DNA of 64,000 nucleotides from Octopus sinensis (Eukaryota): NCBI RefSeq assembly GCF_006345805.1, contig NC_043015.1, positions 22,816,001 to 22,880,000 of the forward strand, read 5' to 3'. Shown piece by piece: positions 54,311 to 64,000 of this stretch (position 1 is its first letter; each line of letters starts with the position of its first letter). The notes under the pieces were generated by a model. It saw only the letters and a program-made list of their open reading frames with translations, ran no database searches and was not told where the DNA came from. The position numbers and the translations under genes were made by a program.

Positions 54311-55881
54311 TTTGTACTGTTCTTGATACCACTGACACTGATTCTGAGGAAAGCAAAGCTGGGTATGTATTCAGAAGCCGCCAACAAAAAGTCAACCATT
54401 TGTTATTCATCGATGACCACAAACTTATGGGGAAGATGAAGCCCAAGTTAGTTCCCTCGTTGATACGGTGTACACGTTCAGCGTCGATATCGGAATGGAG
54501 TTCGGACTGAGAAAGAGTGGTGTGCTAGTCTTGAAGAGCGGCAAAATCAAATGTATGGACAGACTAACGATACTATCGGGGAGGTTATGAAGCAGATAGA
54601 AGAGACGGGCTATAATTACGTGGGGATTTTGGAAATGGATAAATTGATGGAGAAAGAAATGACAGAAAAAATTAAGGTGAAGTACTTGCGCAGGCTGAGA
54701 CTGATCCTTAAGTCGAAATTAAACGGATGGAATAAGATCGAATCTATCAGAACCTGGGCGGTTTCACTCCTTAAATATGGTACAGGGGTAATCGCATGGA
54801 CAGTAGACGAACTAAACAGCTTAGACAGAAAGGCAAGGAATTTGGTAACTAGATATGGGTGACACAGACAGACTGTATGTACCAAGAAAACGAGGGGAAG
54901 AGGCCTTTTTGTATGCGAACACAGCATTAGAGCAGAAGAAAACGACATAGCATGGTATGTAAAAAATGATACAGAACCGATATTATTAGAAGTATGAAGT
55001 TCAGGCCTGTGCAGGGTGGAAGATTGCAAAGATAAAGCACTATACAAGAAATTGAAAACGATTGAAACTGAAAATAGGTGAGTAAAGAAAAGACTGCATG
55101 GTCAGTTTCATAGGGATGTTGAAGATAAAACAGACAGAGAAAAAGTATGGCTGTGGATGACTACAATTAATTTAAAACCGGAAACGGAGACTCTAATCTG
55201 TGCTGCAAAAGAGCAAGCACTAAGAACAAAGTACATAAAATAAAGAATAGAGAGCACATCATGAGGTGATAAATGTAGAATCTGTGGACCAAACGGTGAA
55301 AGCGTACGGCATATTACCAGCCAATGTACGCCACGAGCCCAGAAGAAACATAAGAGACGTCACGACAATATAGCCAGGTTTGTTCAATGGACACTTTGCA
55401 ACAAGTATGGATTTGATAGAGCAAAAAATTTGTACGACCGCAAAACAGAGGACATGGTCGAAAATACAAATGCAAAGATCATATGGCATTTTATTATTCA
55501 GTGCGACCATGAGATTAAGAATAGGAAGCAGGTCATAGTGTTAAATGAGAAAGAAAACAAATAATACTGGATCATAGATATAGCATGCCCTGCTCACAAC
55601 AAGGTACGCGATAAGGAGGAAAAAAATGTCGAGAGATATGACAGGTTAGCTTGAGAAGTTAAGAAGTTGTGGTCGATGAAAATGGTAGCAGTAGTACCAA
55701 TAATTGTCGGAGCCCGGGGAACAGTGAGCAAAAATCTCGAGAAGTACGTGGAACAAATATGGGCTGCAATAAGAGTGGAGCACTTCCAGAAAACAGCACT
55801 ACTTGGAACCGCTCGAATCACTGGTGGTGAACAACTGGCACCGTAGTACATCTCCAGCGTTAGAAGCTGTGCAAATGCATT
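54311..55881 (+). mobile_element. 5'-truncated, decayed R4/Dong-like element between (TAA)n tracts
   Basis: FVLFLIPLTLILRKAK, NHLLFIDD, YLRRLRLILKSKLNG, CRICGPNGESVRHITSQC, QCDHEI, VPIIVGA.GT; TAA tracts at 54218-54306 and 55882-55950. Confidence 0.92.
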
Positions 55882-55882
55882 A

Positions 55883-55948
<66 letters not shown>

Positions 55949-56384
55949 TACAACAACAACATGAAAGCTAAGACTCCCTAACAAATTAGCACACAAAAAT
56001 GGAATCTAGCTGGTCTATTTGAACAGGATCAAACCGATAATTCATCACACCATTTCACGCTACCGAAATGCAAATATAATTCAGTGGGTAACTGAAATAT
56101 TTCTTTGTTGGTATACCATCTAACTGTTACCCCTCTGGCAATAAACTTAAAGTAATAGAAAAGTAATCAGCTGTAACCGTATTATATGAATAACAACAGC
56201 AACAGCAAGAACAACAACTAGACCAGCACCAAAAAAACAACAATAACAATATTAATAATAATAATGTTATAGTTGATATATGTAATCTTCAACTGTATAT
56301 TCCTACTTTATCATTATTGTATTTGCTCACTGCTTTCCTGCCGAAATTATTTCTTCATACTTCTTCAATTGAATTTCTCTGTAG

Positions 56385-56549
56385 TTGCTAGAGAATTATG
56401 AACGGGTGCATTATTGTCTTGCGCTTGATAGCAGTATTGATTTCTTAAAATTCACATATGTTAGTTGTATGCTAGATTATATCAACACCGGTACATGTCT
56501 AAAAGTTTTAATGGAGACCGAATGGGAAATGCAATGTAGACCTAATATG
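56385..56549 (+). CDS. candidate exon encoding a signal-peptide-like N-terminus (needs one extra T at 56441-56443)
   Basis: Acceptor tttctctgtag at 56384; ATG at 56398; MNGCIIVLRLIAVLI then, after +1 correction, FLKFTYVSCMLDYINTGTCLKVLMETEWEMQCRPNM; donor gtaaaa at 56550. Confidence 0.3.
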
Positions 56550-56999
56550 GTAAAACTATTCATAGTGTCAAAACATAGCAAAACGAAAGTGAGGAGTGAA
56601 TGGAATTTGATCCACAGTGTTATAGTCTCGATGAATCCATTAGCGCATGGATACGAATCTTATTGCAAGTAGTAACAAAGAATGAGTTTCTATGTCATGG
56701 TTGTTTAATGTGCTAGAAATAGCAGTCAAATTTTATTTAAATCATAGCCTTCCATCTTAATAAAAAAAAGACAAGTTTCATATCGTAGTCATGTATTATA
56801 TGACTACGGTATGCATTTTAAAATATGTGATGTTCATTTCTTATCTGCCATATCATTGATCATATAACTGCCTGATCAGGATAACCTGAATCTGGGCACA
56901 ACAGGTAATTGCATATATCCATTCTCTTAAATCACATGCAGAGATAATTGGTGCTAAAGGTTATCAGCACTCATCAATATCTATTCATGATACTCGTCA

Positions 57000-57310
57000 C
57001 CAGTGATTTGGAATGAACCTGGATATGTAAAATTTATTCGAAATGAAGACACCGAGTTTAGTGTTGTTCCATGAAAATGTGCCGGTACCTGATTATAAAT
57101 TTCCATAATCCAAATATTTTTATCTCTGGTGCTTCTCTTCTTCTGTACAAGAATTCGGTAATAAAATACAAATATCGTTGTCGTTAGTAATCCAATCTTA
57201 AAACCGCTCCCCCTACCATATTTATAGCTAAATCCTCCTGATCTGCTAAAGCTGGGAATTTTATGGTAATTTCCCAAAACGCCCTACGCCTTACTCTGAC
57301 AAGTTTCCGT
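57000..57310 (+). mobile_element. decayed mariner fragment
   Basis: LVLFHENVPVP (about LHHDNAPAH) and PPDL...LW*FPK (about SPDLAP.DF.LFPK). Confidence 0.5.
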
Positions 57311-57642
57311 TTCAACAACAAAAGCTCTAGCTACGCTGCTAATGAAGCAACTAAACTGCTATCTCATATAAATAAATAATTAAGGGATTTATTCCAAGAC
57401 ATTCTGCGACAGCAAAATCAAAGCAGGAAAGGAAGAGGACAGATAGAGTGCATTGATGGTGCTATTTTATGCTGATATTTCATCGATGATTGATGTTTGA
57501 GCACGGTAGTTTTGAAAGATGAAAATTTAGCATATGAATAGCATCAAACCTGAATCAATCTATCTAATACTAATTTATGCTTAGTTCATCTCACCTCTTA
57601 TTATTCCCTGATATAATTTTCTCTTTTTCTGTTTATTACCAG

Positions 57643-57659
57643 CGGAATATAGCTTCGTT
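57643..57659 (+). CDS. candidate 17-nt microexon (RNIAS + L split codon)
   Basis: Long pyrimidine tract ttttctctttttctgtttattaccag, perfect donor gtgagt at 57660; its length gives exactly the phase needed by the downstream exon. Confidence 0.5.
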
Positions 57660-57875
57660 GTGAGTATAAAAGCGTTTTCTTTAATGTTAACAGCTGCAGG
57701 TCTGACATTAACTTTATCATGCAATTATGCATCGTGAAGACATAGAAAGGGAGCTGGAAATGCATCTAACAGGCATATTAACCTTAAGTTGGTTGTTGCA
57801 GATTATCAATAATTTTATGATCAGTGAATGTGTTCTGAACATGTGAACTTTAGAACGGGGGATACTTTTTTATAG

Positions 57876-57915
57876 ATGTGATGCACGGAACTGCAAGAGG
57901 CGGCCAGCTATTTAG
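57876..57915 (+). CDS. terminal coding exon copy A (CDARNCKRRPAI*)
   Basis: Acceptor tttttatag; frame, both Cys and TAG conserved with copy B; AATAAA at 57986. Confidence 0.65.
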
Positions 57916-58690
57916 ACGGTCATCAATACAATTTGTTAAGGATCTCCTGTTTGTGACACAAAAGAATACATTTTATTTGAAAGCTAATAAATACACATCC
58001 GTATGTAAATTATTTGATTATGTATCTTATGATTTTTTTATGATCAACATGTGACGTAATGTTGATTTCTATCTTCCACGCTTCCACATAATATGTTACG
58101 TTCGAACTATCTTCTGGAAGTGTGCATGTAACATGAAGGTGACCATTAGATAATTACATGATTAAAATTTGTACTAAAATGTTAACAGCAAAAAATACTG
58201 GACTAATGTTAGAACCTCAGCTGCTCTGCATAATCTGCTATATGTAGCATCTATATCTATATTATAGCATATGCAACATACAAATAATGGGGATTCATAA
58301 GCACCAGACGATGTAATTTTATATGCTGTACATCCAAAAATAACTGGATGACCATAGTCAGTACATAATCTACAACACTAAATAAATTTAGCCAAATTTG
58401 AGTTGAACGAAATCAAAGTGAATTTTGAAGAAGTTAAGGATACCTTGCACTCATAAAATTAATTTCATTAAAGTTTATAAACAGGAAGATACTTGCAAGA
58501 TCGTAGATTAATTAATGCTATTTTCTTAGTATATGAATTGTGAGAAAAATAAGTTATAATACACTTGAGTTGATAAATTTCAAAATGTATTCGTAAATTA
58601 TTAAATTTAAAATATGTTTAATTACAAAGTAAATGAGGAAGTTGTATTTGTCTATCATGTTTCTCCCGATCAATACTTTTTTGTTTACAG

Positions 58691-58730
58691 ATGCGATGCT
58701 GGGAACTGCAAGAGGCGTCCAGCTATGTAG
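58691..58730 (+). CDS. terminal coding exon copy B (CDAGNCKRRPAM*)
   Basis: Acceptor tttttgtttacag; 3 synonymous and 2 nonsynonymous differences from copy A; ATTAAA at 58800 in the homologous position. Confidence 0.65.
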
Positions 58731-60101
58731 ACAGCCATAAATACAATTTGTTAAGGATTTCCTATTAGTGGCACAAAAGAAAACTTTTATTTAAGAGGTA
58801 TTAAATACACATCGATATGTAAATTACATAATTATTTATCGTATGATTTTTTGATAAACATCTGACGAAATGTTGATTTCCAACTATCATACAACTAAAT
58901 AATACGTTGCATCCGAACTATCTTCTTCTAGAAGCGTTCATATAATATGAAGGTGTGCATTAGATGATTACATGACAATTTGTACTAAAATGATAATTGC
59001 ATACATGTCCGATTGGTGCATGTAAGACCTAATCAAAGACAGGATGTCGTTCAATTCAATCGATATGAATAATGAATAATATAAATGTTAGTTTTCAAAA
59101 TCGGAGTATGCTTGTCATATTTACTACTTCATGTCCTATTTTTAATGTTGTAGATTCAGTATCTTTACGCTTTTGATTAGACAATTCTTTGATCAAGATT
59201 GTCATTAACGTACAGGAGAAATAGGCGTCTGATGTAATATTCAGTCGCGCTGTATTCGGATACTCTGCAATGTGTGATATTGTGATATCAACAAAAGTAA
59301 TTTCAATAAAGTTCATAATGAGTGTATAATAAGATCTTTTATAACAGTACATCTTTCCACATCTTCGACGCCACCCGAGTTGACTTCATAAAACTCATAT
59401 TCTTAATTCTTCAAACCGATGCAAGAAGTGCTCTGAAGTGTAATAGGCGATGCTTTACTCGAAATTCTTACCTCATAACACCGAATGTTGCATCTCTAAT
59501 GTGGAATAACTAATTGTCGTTTCTTTGTGATAGTATTTGTGAGGGAAAATGAGGACAAGTTGAGAATGGCAATAGATCTTGCGGTGAATGTGATGGTAAG
59601 GATAAAAGTAACACAAACGCATCGTGTTGACACGGGAATTTTGAGTGACGGTGAGGATAGTTCGGGTAGTTGGATGGTGGAAAGTAGGAGAGCGTATGAT
59701 TGTAATTGGTGGCGCTAATAGTAAAGAGGCTGGAGGAATCTGTGTTGATGGTGATAGTGGAGATGGTAGTATTTCACTAACACATTTTCTCCGCTAATGC
59801 TACTAGTATACCAACCACCAATCCAACTCCATGCCGGTTCACGTTTCACCATTAACACGCCCAACAGCCACAGTTACCATATTAGAATTCATTTCCATCA
59901 TCTGCATAAACTCCACCACCACTACCACCACAACCATCCTTCTCCTCCTCCTCATTATCATCATCTTCATCATCATCACTACCACCGGAATTTTCAGAGT
60001 CAACCACTTGCTATTACCACTCCAAAATCATCTAATGAACACATTCAAAGTTAATACAGACCTTATTACGAATAATTCCATCTAAGTTCTCTCTCTCTGT
60101 C

Positions 60102-60133
<32 letters not shown>

Positions 60134-60806
60134 ACTCACTTTTACAGTCACATCTTCTGATTGTAACTCCTCCAATCACTATATCTGCCTTTTTAATTAG
60201 GCTCAAAGCATGATTCGTAAAAAGAAACATAAAACATTCTTATATATAGGTAATATAGTTGTGTATTCACGTAAGAAAAGCAGAATTAAGCAGTATCTGA
60301 GCTCAAAATCTGTAGATAGGAGTAGATAATGTAAATTGAGAAATTATTTCTGAACTAGATTTTGATACTTTAAGCAAAAGCACTTCCAACCTTGATGAAA
60401 CAGTTAAGATAAGACCTAGTTTTAATAACCGTAATACTAATAAAAATCGGGACTTCACACTTGCTGCTGAGAGGGAGATTTGCTCCAATACTTTTAACAA
60501 TAACTACCACTTACAAGTAAATAAGCGCTTTTGCAATTTTAATACCACAAACCGTGAACTCTATTGATTTGGAACAATCCAAATTATTTTATAGGTCCTC
60601 GCAATCAATTTTCCTCGCTTACAACCTTGTGTAGTAGAGTAATAATCTAAATGGTTTCAAGACCATTTGGGGTCTACTTCTAGCACACTAGTGTTGTAAT
60701 CATTCAACACACTTATGATTTTAATATAAATTAAAATATAACTTAACTATTATGGTATATTAGTATGCTGTCCAATCATAAATCATTAAATAATGACTTA
60801 TCCTAA

Positions 60807-61212
<406 letters not shown>

Positions 61213-61975
61213 TTATTAACAACAAATTAATCATCAAATTTAACATATATATATATATATACATATATACACATTTATAGATGATATTGTGATAGGAATA
61301 AGCAAAAGGTAAGCAAAAAACAAGGTGCATTTTAATTGTGGTCGGAAGAGTCAAATGTGTATCTACAGTGCATCAGAAGTCTCTATACAGCATCTCAGCT
61401 GCATGGTACCAGTGTATGGTGGGTCGAAACAATCGTTGTTGTTAGGAATAGAGAATCCCATTAATTCCAATTTCTCTCCTTCACATCTTTTATATATATA
61501 TGTATGTGTGCATATCTTTCTAGCATTTTTTCCCTTTTAATTTGTCTCAGTCATTTGACTAGAGTCGTATATGTATATATGTGTATGTGTGTGTGTGTTT
61601 GTATACATATACGTATATATGTATCTCTCTCCCTATTTCTCATTCTCCTACCTTCTATCTTCTGCCCACAGGTGACCAGTGTCTAATTTTCTCAGCTATT
61701 TTCGCAACGAGATTCTCTTCCACTGATATTTTTCTTTCAATTTCCATTAATGATTTTCCCATAACTCCTGTGTTTGGCTGTGTTAATTCTCTCTTCGTCT
61801 ATCGTTTTCAGTAAAATTACATTTGTCTACTTTCGCACGTCCCCCGCGTACCGTTTTGCTTACTCGATCCCTAATTCTCCGCAAATTTTTCGGGTGTGGC
61901 AGATATACGAAGTTCGAAAGCCATTGTTAGTATTTTGGCCCTACGTGCGTTTTGTAGTATTTATTGCATTTTCAG

Positions 61976-62032
<57 letters not shown>

Positions 62033-62949
62033 TAATATATATATAATATACGCATGTGTGTGTATGTGCATAGGTAGATTGTTAGGTTGCTCACTTCTGC
62101 ATCACATATCCGGTTCAGTCCGATCCGCACCAGATTGGGTGTCATCTACAGTAGCCATGTATCAGCAAATTCCATGTGAGTGACTTTGTTAGTAAATAAT
62201 TGTGTAGGATGCCGTTCTGTATACATGAGTGCGTGTGTTTCATTTTAGGAGATTTTGTTTCCACCAGAATTACCACAACCTCATGTTGACAACATCACTG
62301 TAACTGTCGTCAAAAGAAAACGGAAAAATTAGTAGAAAAGTATTAAAAAAGTAAGTAATAAGTACTAGCGTCCATCTGATCAACGACGAACCTTTCAAGC
62401 CTCTGCTCTAAACTGGCAGCAAATTATTGACCGAAACAAATATAAATTTAATGATAAAACATAGAAAGATATGTAGATTTACACACATACACACACGTAC
62501 ACACACATACACTCTCTCTATGACACACACACATACACACACACTCACAATCACGTATACATAGTCGTATAGTTCTGTTTTGCTCAAGTGAAATACAGAA
62601 ACAAATGTGTGTGTAAATGTTTGAAAACTCAGAGATAAAAACAAAACGATATCTCTGTTATTCGATATACACCTAAATATACATAAAAACAACCACACGT
62701 AGAAGAAAAGGCTTTGGCTGAAAAGTTAGTGAATACATCAGAGTTGTATAGGGAAAGAGCCTGACACGCCAGTTAATTAAGTCTTTCGTTCATTAATTAA
62801 CAATAAAAACTTAACTATATCCATTGCGTGTGTTTTATTTGGAGAATGAACATACTGAAATGACTTTTTCAACACACGGATTCACATGAAGTACCTTGGA
62901 AATGAAATACAAAAATAAATACATAAATATGTATGCATACATCCTTCAA

Positions 62950-63033
62950 TATATATAATATATATATATAATATATATATATACATACATATATAGAGAT
63001 ACATAGCTATAGAGATTTATACATGTTTGTATG

Positions 63034-63066
<33 letters not shown>

Positions 63067-63112
63067 GCATACATATATAAAGATACATAAATATACATAT
63101 TCATACAAGTTT

Positions 63113-63165
<53 letters not shown>
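62950..63165. repeat. compound (TA)n microsatellite
   Basis: Directly visible. Confidence 0.9.
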
Positions 63166-63170
<5 letters not shown>

Positions 63171-63748
63171 ATTGTCCTGCGTTGATAGCGTGACACTGTA
63201 CAGTGTTAACATTGTTAGGATTACATTTAATTATATACTATTAATTATGTGTTTGATAATGAATCGATATAAATTCATTGGCATTATTTTAATTAATTAA
63301 TTAATTAAAGTACCTAATTATATAGCCATTGGTAATTAACTTTCTTTGAAGTAGTAATAATTTGATATGATCAGCAAATATTTTTTTTCTTATTATCACA
63401 GTCTTCATTAACCCCGCGAATTTTCATTTGTTTGTGTTGGATTTTAGACATTCAGATCTTAATCTATTTAAGTGTCATAGAAAGATGCATACTAAGAACA
63501 TTGATGTATAATAGCGTTCACATATCCTCACAAGCGAACACTGACGAATATATACATTTATACAGATCTAACTCTGTGTACACGCATAACTGAAATATTA
63601 CGTTGTAGTGACAAAAATGAAATCAACTTCACTTGATAGGAACTGAAGAGTCAGAATCAAAACTAAAGACTGAAGACTATTTCGTTGTGCAATCTAGTTT
63701 ATGTTGTACTATTTAACTCCAACTTCTATATACATAAAGAGAGATATG

Positions 63749-63834
<86 letters not shown>

Positions 63835-64000
63835 GATAATAACTCAGTCCATAACACTTGCAGCAGAGACACAGACTTTGTTAATTCAAGAAGAAACAAA
63901 CCACTTTAACGCTAGTGTACGGTGAATTATTGGGGACAGGAAGCTATTGAGGGAGACAATTCCTGTATACGCCTCCAAAAATCCAAGTTACACATGTTAC

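Noticed and set aside
57360-57511. TATA-like tataaata followed by a hydrophobic-looking ALMVLF..LIF segment as an alternative first exon
   Set aside because: Needs several indel corrections, has in-frame stops and only a weak donor (gtagtt).
57876-58730. Identity of the C-x4-C peptide with cephalotocin/octopressin (CYFRNC similarity to CDARNC)
   Set aside because: The spacing matches, but oxytocin-family nonapeptides follow the signal peptide, end in PxG-GKR and precede a neurophysin; here the loop is C-terminal with no neurophysin.
59200-59260. Possible minus-strand exon (EYPNTARLNITSDAYFS)
   Set aside because: Splice-like dinucleotides alone, with no partner exon or motif support.
60340-60565. 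Open frame of about 75 codons (EIISELDFDTL...YHLQ) with a possible donor
   Set aside because: No ATG, no credible acceptor and no recognisable domain.
63640-63690. CUGAAGA-GUC...GAC hammerhead-like motif
   Set aside because: No GAAA in register and no stems I or III.

Overview
AT-rich, repeat-dominated eukaryotic genomic window. Its composition, (TA)n/(TAA)n microsatellite load and SINE families resemble an octopus/coleoid cephalopod genome (inference from recalled repeat families, not a search). Most ORF-track entries are microsatellite translations. The real coding content is transposon-derived: a full-length Tx1-like (L1-clade) LINE at 22.4-28.3 kb with a near-identical 3'-truncated copy at 17.7-20.5 kb; a near full-length R4/Dong-type REL-endonuclease retrotransposon at 37.6-41.6 kb plus about ten fragments, most sitting in (TAA)n tracts; three mariner relics; RTE, Penelope and pogo relics; and several tRNA-derived SINEs. 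Most notable non-routine observations: (1) a tandemly duplicated terminal coding exon (CDARNCKRRPAI* / CDAGNCKRRPAM*) with conserved splice acceptor, stop and polyA signal, which with a 17-nt microexon and a signal-peptide-like exon may encode an unidentified small secreted Cys peptide; (2) Penelope-type hammerhead ribozyme motifs, one with an unusually long stem II; (3) two adjacent palindromes centred on (TA)n; (4) two R4/Dong copies with nearly the same 5' breakpoint. Frequent single-base homopolymer indels suggest an unpolished long-read assembly, so frameshifts must be read cautiously. All alignments were done by eye and relic boundaries are approximate.
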